Shown here in pieces: positions 1 to 11,548 of a stretch of DNA of 64,000 nt (the first letter of the stretch is position 1; every line of letters starts with the position of its first letter). Under the pieces are notes generated by a model. It had not been told where the DNA came from. It worked only from the letters and a program-made list of their open reading frames with translations, and ran no database searches. The position numbers and the translations under genes are program-made. This DNA comes from Lama glama (taxonomy: Eukaryota). The stretch covers positions 27,220,001-27,284,000 of the forward strand of contig CM052818.1 in the NCBI GenBank assembly GCA_028534125.1, written 5' to 3'.

Positions 1-1404
1 GTCAGCATTCTCATTTTCTGAATACTCTTCCCACTTGTGCTGTATTGTCAAAACGTGGTGCGAGAACTTCTTCCTGAAATCAAGTGTTCCATGGCTGCTG
101 GGACTGTGAGTTCTACCACACTGTATTTTTAGGCTGGAAAGATGAGGTCAGTAAAGATACATTATGGCAAGGTTGGGAGGTTAAAAATGTGTCATTTTGA
201 TGCTCCTTAGTCATATTTGTGGTTGAATAGTCCTAACCTTGGAAAGCACATGGTGCTTATAAAGCACGATAGTAAGTTAGAGGGCTGAAGGTGGTAGAGC
301 CTGATTTTCCAGGGGAAGATGTGACCCTGGGCATTTGTTGTCTCCTCCGTAATCTGCCCAAAAGCCATAAGCTAACCCTGTTTTTAAGACTGAAACAGAG
401 TCTGTAGCCTCTTTCAGTGTCTCATTTTCCTTTTTAAAATGCCTATTTTGAACTCTTCTTACTGGTTAACTCAACCTCCACTCCAAGTTTACGTCTGTTT
501 TCACTTAGTACAAATGTTACACGTTAAGCTTGCTGATGCATATCGTATTTTTTTCTAATAGTTTTTTAAAAACTCTTAGGTCCAGAGTAATTCTTCTAGT
601 TTTCCTTAAAATTTCACTGAGTTCTATGTTCTTCTTAATTTTTGGAATCTGTAACAGGGCAAGAAACTGCTGTAAGATTTGAGCAACCCAGTGTGTGACA
701 GTAGATCATTGATTCAAAGGCAGATACGTTTCTGAAATTGTCTTGCTTTCATGCAGCTTTTTTTGTTTTGAGTTTCTACATATAAGGTCATTTTTTAATA
801 CCCACTTATCTCTCATTGAATTAATATATGAAATTCTTTGTCTGCTGTTGAAGGAAAATTTTGCTGCCATAGAGGTAGTATCTTACTTTGCATGTAAGTT
901 TTGTACACTGTTGTATTTTCTAAACTTTGTGTCAATTTCATTACGTAGCTTTAGACTGAGCACTTGCACGTGGTATATGGTAAACTTTCTGTCACCGGCT
1001 TCTTTTTAAGTATAGCTAGGATCTGGTTCTGACATGTGTGAAGTAGCTCATACGTGCATTTGTGGCACCATTTCTTGGACATCACAAGAGCTGATAGCGT
1101 CTACTGAATCGGGATGGACTTTTTTTTTTTTTTTTGGTACCCCACGTGGGACACGAAGTGATGGACCTATTACATCATGTTCTGTTTTATTTTGCATTTA
1201 GTTATGTTGTAAATTTTGGGGGGATACACCATGTGTACTCTTACAAATCAAACTAACGATGACTCAACACCCACGTGTGCACGCTGTTGGTTAATGGAGG
1301 ATTTAGCGTACTTCTACTCTGGCTGCTTCCGGTGAGGGCTGCTCTGCAGACGGATGTTTTCTCCTGTGTTCACTTGATTAACAGTGGTTTGTGTGTTTTG
1401 GAAG

Positions 1405-1546
1405 GTGATTGAAGAAATTGAAGAAATGATGCAGGAGTCACCAGACCCAGAAGACGATGAAACGCCCACCCAGTCAGATCGGCTTTCAATGCTTTCCCAG
1501 GAAATTCAGACTCTTAAGAGGTCTAGCACAAGCAGTTACGAAGAGA
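1405..1546 (+). CDS. FEZ2: FEZ2 internal coding exon (142 nt; probable exon 4): VIEEIEEMMQESPDPEDDETPTQSDRLSMLSQEIQTLKRSSTSSYEE
   Basis: Acceptor ttggaag at 1404 and donor gtaag at 1547. Translation matches the FEZ2/UNC-76 family. The phase-1 end joins the next exon as AGG (Arg). Confidence 0.96.
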
Positions 1547-1736
1547 GTAAGAAACCTGACTCAGATCGGGGCTCTGTGTGCTCTCGTGTGCCGCACCCAC
1601 GTAGCGGGACGGTCTCCAGGAGTCTTTGCCTCTCGCAGGCTGGGTTGCACGTCCCTCCCCTGCCTCTCACTAGTACTGGGGCATAGCCAGGCAGGCCGTT
1701 GCTCAGGGGCCGCGTCATACTCATCTTTGCCTCCTT

Positions 1737-2046
1737 TGTCTGCCTGGGCGGCTGTAACAGTACCGCAGGCTGGGTGGCTTCCACCATGGAGATGTGTTTC
1801 CTCACAGTTCTGGAGGCTGGAAGTTCGAGATCAAAGTGTCAGCAGGTCTGATTTCTTCTGAGGCCTCTTCTCTGTCCTCATGTGGACTTTCTGTGTGTTC
1901 CTATGTCCTAATCTTATTTTTAAGGGCATTGGTCACATTGGATTAGGGCCCACCCTACCGGCTTCATTTTAACATAGTGATCTCTTTAAAGACACTGTCT
2001 CCAAATCTGGACGTATTCTGAGGTGCTGGGAGTTAGGACTTGAACA
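1737..2046 (-). mobile_element. MaLR solo LTR (MLT1A/MLT1B-like)
   Basis: Recalled consensus motifs ctcacagttctggaggctggaagt, cattggattagggcccacccta and attctgaggtgctgggagttaggact. Confidence 0.8.
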
Positions 2047-2584
2047 ATGTCCTGTCTCGCGTAAAGGGAAGTGCTGAGGAAAAACTGAAATGCGGCTTCA
2101 GGGAATATTCTTCCCTTTCATCTGCCCAATCCTCAATAAAATTACACGTTGGGGGCATATGTGATTAACCACGTACTTAGTGCAATTCTTTCAAATTGAC
2201 TTCTCTCTTCACAAGTGTCCCAGAACCCTGCTACGTTGCTTGCGATTTCTCGTCAGCAGGTAGTTTCTGAACTCTCTCTCTGCTATTGTTTGTTGTTCTT
2301 GCATGAGCCTTTTCAGTCTTGATTGAAGTACCATTCATGGAATTATTGTTTTTTAGACAAGTGAAACATTTTGTTATGCTTTTCTTCTCAGCCGTTTGAG
2401 ACGTAACTTTGCCCACCTACCTCTACTCAGACCTGCCCACCAGGAGTTTGAGGATTCTGAGAAGACCACAAAAAGTTTAATTGCTTAGAATATGATCTTT
2501 TGCTCTTTGGCATTGAACACCTCGTTGTGCTGCCTTGAAGCATTTTGGTCTTAGTGCCTGCTGTGCTCTGCTTTTTGGCTATAG

Positions 2585-2853
2585 GGGTGAAAAGGCTGTC
2601 AGTGTCGGAATTAAATGAACTGCTGGAAGAAATTGAGACGGCCATCAAGGAGTACTCTGAAGAGCTGGTGCAGCAGCTGGCCCTGCGAGATGAACTGGAG
2701 TTTGAAAAGGAAGTGAAAAACAGCTTTATCTCTGTTCTCATTGAAGTGCAAAACAAGCAGAAAGAGCACAAAGAAACAGCCAAAAAGAAAAAGAAGCTCA
2801 AGAACGGCAGCTCTCAGAATGGGAAGAACGAGAGAAGTCACATGCCCGGCACA
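2585..2853 (+). CDS. FEZ2: FEZ2 coding exon (269 nt; probable exon 5): coiled coil VKRLSVSELNELLEEIETAIKEYSEELVQQLALRDELEFEKEVKNSFISVLIEVQNKQKE, basic KKKKKLK segment, ending HMPGT
   Basis: Acceptor ctatag at 2584 and donor gtaagt at 2854. Contains the hallmark FEZ motif LVQQLALRDELEFEKEVKN. Confidence 0.97.
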
Positions 2854-4192
2854 GTAAGTGACGTTTCGCAGGCAGCATTGCCTGGTGGAGTCGGCCTCCA
2901 TGGCCACCCCAGCGGCCGCGGGCGGGGCCTGCGCGCGCAGGAGCGGGAGGGACAGGGCTCTCACCAGAGAGCTGAAGGGATTCTGTTCAGGAATACCGCG
3001 GTGCTCTGCTCCTTCCCAAAGGGGTTTTCTTGGTGAGGGAAAAATGGGTAGCCGGATATTTCAATACTGAAATCTTTAGGAGGAAAGTAAGTGGAAGGAA
3101 GAGGGAGAAAAATGAGGATGTTTTAAAGAAAAGAAGCTCTAGCAGGTGACCATGTCAATACATCAAAATGTTAATAAGAGGTTATTTATGTCTTTATGTT
3201 TGGGCGGTGGCACATGAATGGTATGGTTCTTATTTTTGCATATCTCTTATGAGTTGTACAGTAAAAAATGGGATGCATTTAGACATAGCCGAACTGAGCT
3301 GAGCCTAAAAGCACAGGTTGACTTGTGAACAGTTTCCTCCTGACTTATCAGTGAAGTTGGAATATGAGGAAGCTAGAGGCAGTTATGTGACGTCCACCAT
3401 TTGGCCTAGTAGTTGGCAGACAAGAATATCACTGATTGGAGCAAACATTACTGATTGGTGAGAACGGTTTTAGAGTATGCGAATCATTGACTCTTGGTGT
3501 GAAGTTTTTTGGTTTCTGCTTTCCCTTTTTCTTAAGTGGTCCTATTAATTTCACTTGATTCAACTTCATCATGAACGGTAACTGTTAAGTGTATGAAATG
3601 CATTTCCTTATTGGGGTTACAGCGATTTCATTTTCCTTTGGTAGTTGAGACCTTGTCTATTGCCACCTTTATCTTGTTTGTATGTGAGGAAGTGTTGGTT
3701 TTATTTTAGAGTTTAATGGCTGGGCAAAAGGATTCTAAAGGGGAGCGTGCCTTTTAAATTCATGATACTGGTAACGTGGTAATGCAGATCACCACAAACG
3801 GGCTGTTACGTTTTGCAATCATATAAATTCTGTCTTTGATTAATTTTTTTCTAATAATTTGATTTATTTTGTCTAAAGCATACTTTTATCAGAGAAATAG
3901 ATATCTTTCATCAGACTCTGAAGGAACCCAGGAAAGAGCGCAGTTCTGGGTGGTTGAGTCAGCAGTGAGAGTTAATACAAACAAAAAGATTCTCACCCTT
4001 TAGCCCGTTTATTATATTGTTTCTCGCCTATGAGTAAATGCACGTTTTCTTAGTGTTAATGTCCATTTGTACATAAAAAGGACAGTTTATAAACTGACTT
4101 TGCAGAAGTTGCCAGATATGTGGAACAAAATGTTCCTCAGAAATGGCAGTACTGATGGAAAAGTGTTTAGTTACTTCTAGTGGCTACTCTTG

Positions 4193-4268
4193 AAAAAAAA
4201 AAAGAAAAAGAAAAAGAAAAACAAAAAACCAAAAAAAAACCTCACCAAAATATTCCAAAAACGAAAAC
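4193..4268. repeat. A-rich low-complexity tract
   Basis: Runs of A broken by single G or C. Confidence 0.8.
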
Positions 4269-5470
4269 ATTGTTTGAATACGTAATCCTGGAAATTCTGC
4301 TTTAAAATTTTAGGGACAGTATTTTGTATCTATATTTTTAAAAATTGTATCCTTAAAATTGCCCAATTGTGCAAGTGTGATGAAATAAAATGCTTAGTTA
4401 AAAAGTTACAGCATGGTTAATAATTCTGCCTATCTGCTTTTAGGGATTACACGTAAATCCTCCATTTATTTGTGTTAACACTTGGTTGAGGAAAATAAAT
4501 GTATCCCTAGAGGCATTTAAAGGCTGCTTTTGTGACTCCCACATAAAAAGGGTTAGAGTGGATTCATTTTGCACGGCATTTATGTGGAGAAATGGATTTG
4601 ACAAGGCAACATTTAGGTCTTACTTGAACCTTTATTAGTCTTGAAATAGAGTCATAGGAATAGTAAAATTTTTTCCTCAATTTTGGACTCAAATTGCTTC
4701 TTGAGTCTTGATCTGCTGTTTATGTCAAAACCTTTAATTAGGTTAGTAATGGCATCGCTAAACCTGTGATATTAGTTCCCTCCATCTTTCTGAAGCCTAA
4801 AATGATGGCAGAAGACCATCTCGTTTGTGACATAGGAGCCTGAAACCTGTGATTCTGAAAATAGTGGTTGGTAGCTGAAAAGAACCTGAAAGTGAAAAGG
4901 CCAGTTGGCTAAACAGGTTCCAAGACGCTGCCTTTCTGGGCCTTTTATGTAACATGCGGTCTGGCAAAGCCTGGTCGGAGTCAGCAGTCATCAGTGATAC
5001 TGATTTCTAAAAATCAGTGACCTTTTTACAGATACCAAGCATTACCTGTTTTCTAATAACATTAGTCACTTTTTTCTTTCTACTTAGACATTTGTGTTAT
5101 TCGCAGGACTTGGACTTTTTCCTTAAGCATGAAACAGCTTCCTACTATTTTTCCTTAAGCATGTTTCCTTGAGGCAAAACATCAATTTGTAGTGGGTGTA
5201 ACACTTTATCCATAATTTCTAGCTTCTCTTTGGTCCAGAGATACTGTAATGAAATATCTGAGTGTGAATAGAGCAGAGTTAAACTCTTGAGGTGTTTATT
5301 TTGGAGACATGCTTTGTTTCAAATATTTGCAGTGAAAAAAAATTAGTGGGCTTAGGCTGCTATTTATAAATATTAAACAAAATACTGAGTATCTTATAAC
5401 AGTGAAATGTTATCTTGATTTGTTTTAGTTTTTGCAATAATCTGTTACATCTGGGATAAGATAAAACTAT

Positions 5471-5720
5471 TCATTCATTAAATATTTGCAGTATCTTTCT
5501 TATCCAGGCACTGTTGAAGATACAGTGGTGAATAAAACGGACGAGGCCCCTGGCCTCTTGAAGCTCGTATTCTAACGAGGAAACAGGCACTAAACAAAGA
5601 AAAAAATGAGCAGACAACGTAACTTCAGGTTGTAATAAATGCCACCAAGAAAATGAAAGGCTGGAGAAGGTGGTCAATAGCAATGCTGTGGGGAACTGTT
5701 TTCGAGAGGGTGGTCACCAT
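5471..5720 (-). mobile_element. L2 LINE 3' fragment
   Basis: tcattcattaaatattt...ccaggcactgtt...gatacagtggtgaataaaac, the reverse complement of the L2 tail. Confidence 0.7.
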
Positions 5721-8090
5721 GTCACTGTCCCTCCTGATTGGCAAAGCAGGCTGTCCTGTGCCTTTCCAATTCTGTTTGGAGGGGAGGTTGGAAGAATTTT
5801 CTTTGGGAAATGAGACTCCACACAGACGAAAACTTTGTATCTCCTTTATCCTGTTCAATGTCTTGAGAAACGGGTGGGTGGTAGAGCCTGGGATGATTGA
5901 AGGGCACTGTCTGTCATCAGTACGGTGACCTGCGTGCATTTCTTTGACCTGACTGTGCTGTCCTGGGCCTTGGTACTTCTGTATATGCCATGGCCTTTTT
6001 CTGGGGTGTCCCTCCTTTTTTGCTTCCCCTGTCCACTTAGGAGATTTTTTAAAAACTCATTCTTCAAAATCATGGTTAAGCTTTTATCTTCCTTTCTTAG
6101 AGGCTTTCTCAAGGACTCTTCCCTCAAGCAGAATTGACCGCTCTCTCCTTTTGGGGTCAGTCTTACTCCTCTTAACCATTTCTGTTAGCACTGTCACACC
6201 GGATTGCAATTTTTTGTTTTCATGTCTCTCTGTTACCATTCCCTGAGGATGGAAAATGTACCTTTATTTTCATGGTATCCTTAGGTTTTACATTAGGTAC
6301 TTAGTAAATTTCTGCTGAATAAATATGTAAAAAAAAAAAAAACAGCCTTGCAAATGTATTTCTACCTCCGGTCTTTCTGACAGGTGCCAAACCTGTGGAG
6401 GCTGGAGAGCAGATTGATGATGAACTTTGGGTTAAGAGCTGTGTTTGATTCCTGATCCTTCCTCTGGGTACATACCTGTTTGAGTTTTGGGGAGATTAAA
6501 TGAAATAATGTATGTTTGAGACTGGCATGTATCCTAAGTAAATGTTAGTTATTATGTATCCAGCTGTTTATACTTCCCCTCGAATATCTTGTAGGCATCG
6601 GAAGTGTATCTTATCAGACTGAAGTTACCATTTTCCTAGAGGTGAATTGATTCCTTATATATTTCCTTTGATTAGTGAAACTATAGTCTACTCATTAACC
6701 ACAACCAGTGGAATTTCGGGGTCCAAGAATATGCAATTTTAAACAGCCATCTTTTCAAACTGTCCTCCGGAAGTGTAACTGCCTAACAGCACACGTGAGT
6801 GGCCGTTTCTCCACACACCCAACTTAACGATGGATGTGATTAGCCTTCTCATATACGTCGCTCTGAGAGGCACATAACGATCTGATCTGATGACTGTTTG
6901 AGTTGCCTGTTACGTTACCTTTGAGATGTTTTCCCTGTTTATGAGAGTGCACATACTTCTGATACCATACTCTGTTGTAATCATTTGCTTAAGTCTCTCC
7001 TTGCAAAGAGTCCGGCCTTTCCGAAGGCCCATTCACATTGTTTGCCCAACACCTCGCCTAGTTTTTCAGTTAATGCATGTTTGTTGAATCGAAACTTCAC
7101 TGGAATCCCCAGGAATCTGGACTTGTGGTATTTGAGTTATTGTTGTTCAAGCAGGGATTTTTTTTTTTTTTGACCAGGCTTCTGTTTATATCAAATATAG
7201 AATCATAGGTCATTGAATTTCAGTGGCAGTCGACGTGAAAATAAGAACACCAGTTATCTTTAAATTATTTCTTTAAAAAATTAATTTAGTAGTGGTTTGT
7301 CATCTGGAGTTATATGAAACACATTAGTGTTTACCTGCCTAGCATCATACCTTAGTAAGTTTATAAGGATGAAAATGGACATACTTCCTCCTTTAGAATC
7401 CAGTAATGTTTTTAAGTTAAAGGTCATGTGTAAGATTGCTTATTTGAAGTCTAGGATTGTGAAGATGGCAACAAGAGATCCTAGAGATTCCCATATCACA
7501 CTGAGCTTTCAAGAGAGTTCTAGTGTGTTACTCTCACCACTAACAAAATTGTGTAACTGCGTCCATCTAGCCTGAAGAAGTTTCTTCTGAAAACTTCTGG
7601 TATATTGGCAATCAGTGACTCCACTGTGAAGAGGATCCTGTTACCCTAATGCATTACTTTTGGAGGCTGGAGAGAGAACTGCTTAAGGACTGGGCAGAGC
7701 TAGGGCTTGACGGGTACTTTCTCATATATATTTTTCTTTCACAGACGCGTTGCTCCTCTGTCTTGATGATTCACTTAGCTCATTGTATGACTAATAGTCA
7801 ATCTATTCTGTTTCTCTTTTACATGCAAAGATGTCCCGGTAGTGGTTTTTCATTTAATCTTGACCAAAGCTGACTTTAACGTAAGAGAGCTTTATTTTTA
7901 TTTAGACAGCTACTGTTAGATGTTCTGAGGTGGTTTTAATTTATGCTAACGACATGCCTACAAGGAATTGTGGCACAGCTACTTGAATTGGGTGCTTTTT
8001 AATGTAACATGGACCTGGCTTTTGTTGTTGTTGTCCCTTGTTTTTAATTTGGAATTTTTAAATTTCACATTTGCTGAGATGATTTAGCCC

Positions 8091-8314
8091 CAGGGATTGG
8101 CGAGGCAGACTACTGTCTGAGGGCCAGATGGACCCTGCCTGTTTTATAAATAAAGTTTTATTGGAACACAGCTGCATCATTTCATTTACGTGTGGTCAGT
8201 GACTGCTTTGGTGTTACAAGGACAGAGCTGAATAGTGGTGACAGAAACTATGTGGCCTGCAAACCTGAAATATTTACTGTCTGGCCGTTTAGAGAAAAAG
8301 TTTGCCAACTCCTG
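8091..8314 (+). mobile_element. MER58A-like non-autonomous hAT-Charlie element
   Basis: Terminal inverted repeats cagggattggcg and ttgccaactcctg; internal aataaagttttattggaacacagc and aaatatttactgtctggcc. Confidence 0.85.
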
Positions 8315-8315
8315 A

Positions 8316-8415
8316 NNNNNNNNNNNNNNNNNNNNNNNNNNNNNNNNNNNNNNNNNNNNNNNNNNNNNNNNNNNNNNNNNNNNNNNNNNNNNNNNNNNNN
8401 NNNNNNNNNNNNNNN
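8316..8415. other. Assembly gap (100 N), followed by C20 at 8416-8435
   Basis: Directly visible. Confidence 0.99.
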
Positions 8416-10477
8416 CCCCCCCCCCCCCCCCCCCCGGTCTACGAGCCACTTGTGCAGGCACCCTGCCTTGCAGCAGACCTTTGTGCTATGTGTGTCAGGT
8501 TCCCAGTAGCTAAGCGAAGAGAGCCAGCAGGTAGACCAGTTGTCTCCAGATTGGGGGACAAATGGAAAGAAATAAGAATGTTGGCAGTCCTCCAGGCACA
8601 CCGTATGCACAGTGATAAAAGGTAGTTTAAAGAAGGTAGAACAGAAGTGGAAAAGGGGCAGTTTCCCTTCCTTTTCTAAGTAGTGGTACTTGAGAGGATG
8701 AAGTCTGCCCTCCATACACATACTCTAATGTATTAACACATTTTCAACAGTTACTTGTTGGTAGTATTTATAGTATTTCTCTGCATTTCTTTATGGCAAA
8801 GAACATTCCTAAAAGTTAGTTTAAGGGCCATAAAATGGAGGGTCCTGGTAGGGTGGAGAGGAACTTAGATGTGTCCTGTTTATTTTAGTAAGTCACACCT
8901 ATGAATTATGAATTATTTTAGATGTGGAACAGGTTTGTTTTATGAAAGATAGTATTGCTCAGAGAAATCACCAGGTAGCAGTTACTGTAGTAAAAATTAG
9001 GAGTCTGTTCCTGATTCCTTTATGTCTTGGAGAGGTTTGTTAATGGTTTGTAAGTATAATGTAAAAGTCACGTACAAGCCATGGTATGCCAGGAAATTGT
9101 GATCCTATTATATACTTAGTTTAGAGCATCCATAAAAATCAGGAAAGAATTTATAAAATTGCCAGGTTAATTGTTTTACTCTAGTTTTAGTAACTTTGAA
9201 AATGTTTGCCAATACTTAATTACCATATTAAGATTAAATTACATAAAATTTTAAAAAGATCTTCAGATACAAAAAGTTAAATTGATGCCATTCCATTGAA
9301 TGCCTAACTTTGAAAATCTTTATCACATCTTTCTGCTCTGAAAGTCAATTTATAAAATAATAGTTTAATATTCAAGACATGTTCAGATATTTATCTGCTT
9401 TGGTATAATTTGTATTTTCTAAATTACTTGTGTCTGTTTTGTTTTTTATATTTTTGGGGAGAATTTGCATTTATAACTGCATTATAATTCATATTAAAAT
9501 TATCTGATTTGAGGAAGTGTCAAAACAAGATCAATTTTTACATCGTAAGTAATAGCTTAATACTTTTTGAATATTTTTACTTTTTCTTACATTGAACTAT
9601 TGCTTTTAATTCTGTTTTTCTCATGTTTTGTATTTTGATTATTTTAAGAATTTTAATTTAAAAATTATATAACTACTGTTCTATAAATTAATATTTGAAA
9701 ACCATGTCATTCACAGTGTTTAAAATGATGTGATTTATAAAGAACAATAATTATGTTTGAATTTCACTTTCTTTTGAAACTCTGAGCATAAAGAATATTA
9801 ATGGAGTCAGAATATAGATTAGAACAAGAGTCAGAAATAGATGAAAAGCATTTTCTAATTGCTTCTCCTAATCTTTTTTTTCTGATATTGAGCTTTGATA
9901 CTGAGATTTTTAAGATTTCCTGGCTAGTTAGAGATCTGTGCCACTGGGCGTCAGATGAGGCCTCAGCCTCTTTTCTCTTAGTAAAAGTTTGGTGGCAGGA
10001 ATAGTCTGAATTTCCTTACCTCCACGTTCATTTGGCTTTCCTGTCGTGGATCCTGCTTTGTGTGAAATTAACTGAGCTGTGCAGAGAATGAGTTGCTATG
10101 TTTTGGACTCTAGAAAAGCACAGACAGGCTACAACACTGTATCTCACTCTGTGTTGCTTTTCAGTTTACATAGTGTTTTCTAGCTCTCTTTGTTGTTCAG
10201 AAAGACCTTGAATTACCTAAAAACGTTACTTGTTTTCTGTTCAAGTTTTCTTTTTGATTTCTAAATTCAGTCTCAGAGAGTGGTGTCTGTCCTTAAGCTG
10301 GAGACTATAATCAGGGTGATTATTTCTCCGTTGCCATTTAATTTATGTGAGGAGAACTTGAAACACTATTGCTTACTGTTGGAGAGAAAAGTAGAAAGGT
10401 ATGATTCCTTCTCTCTGGGAGTTAGGTCCCAAATTTTCTTTTAGCCCTTTGAAAGGAGTACGGCGTAGATGCTTTTT

Positions 10478-10608
10478 GGCGTTTATGTCTGCCCAACACT
10501 TTGGTAAGTGCTTCCCATGGATTAGTTCATTTAATCCCCACAACAGCCCTGTAACGTAGATACTATTACTGCCATTTCGTAAGTGGGTAACTAAAGCTCA
10601 GCAGAGGC
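10478..10608 (-). mobile_element. MIR SINE fragment
   Basis: catttaatccccacaacagccctgt...tactattact...aactaaagctcag MIR core. Confidence 0.7.
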
Positions 10609-10766
10609 CTCAGTGCACAGAACCAGCGTGCAGAGCAGTGAGGGAGTACAGAGGTGGGTGTGAGGGCCCGTGGCTTGTGTTCTCTGGCTCTGAGCTGTGC
10701 AGGTGTGCTGTGGATGGGCCTGGGGGCTCAGCTCACTTCTTTGTCTTCTTTCAGTTCTAAAAATTA

Positions 10767-11548
10767 TTTTTTTTAATTGAAGTGTAGTTGATTTACAATG
10801 TTAGTTTCTGGTGTACAGCATGGTGATTCAGTTATACATATGTATTCTTTTTCATATTCTTTTCATTATAGGTTATTTCAAGGTATTGAATATAGTTCCC
10901 TGTGCTATACAGTAGGACCTGTTGTTTACCTATTTTATAGATAGTAATTAGTATCTGTTAATCCCAAACTCCTTTTTGGTAACCGTTAAGTTTGTTTCTA
11001 TGTCTGTGAGTTCCTTTCTGTTTTACAAGTTTATTTGTCTCATTTTTAGATTCCACACATAACTGATAGCATATGATATTTGTCCTTCTCTCTCTGACTG
11101 GCTTCGCTTAGTGTGATAATCTCTAAGTCCATCCATGTTACTGCAAATGGCATTACTTCTTTTTTGTGGCCGAGTAGTATTCCATTGTATATATATACCA
11201 CATCTTCTTTATCCAGTCATCTATTGATGAATATTTAGGTTGTTTCCATGTCCTGGCTATTGTATATGGTGCTGCTATGAACACTGGGGTGCATGTATCT
11301 TTTTGAATGATAGCTTTCTCCAGGTATATGCCCAGGAGAGGGATTGCAGGGTCATATGGTAAACCTATTTTTAGTTTTTAAGGAACCTCTGTACTGTTTT
11401 CCCTAATGGTTGCACCAAATTACATTTCCACCAACAGTGTAGGAGGGTTCCTTTTCTCCACACCCTCTCCAGCATTTATTGTTTGAACTTTGGGATGATG
11501 GCCATACTGACTGGTGTGTGGTGATACCTCATCGTAGTTTTGATTTGA
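10767..11548 (-). mobile_element. 5'-truncated L1 (ORF2 C-terminus and 3'UTR, artiodactyl type)
   Basis: Poly-T head, then ttgaagtgtagttgatttacaat, gagtagtattccattgtatatatataccacatcttctttatcc and ccaccaacagtgtaggagggttcc. The - strand peptide QIKTTMRYHHTPVSMAII is L1 ORF2-like. Confidence 0.92.

Noticed and set aside
2545..3036. 163-aa ORF (and 1384-1686) as complete proteins
   Set aside because: They are FEZ2 exons read through into intron.
8186..8721. ORFs spanning the N gap with poly-Pro or poly-Gly
   Set aside because: Artefacts of translating Ns and the C20 run.
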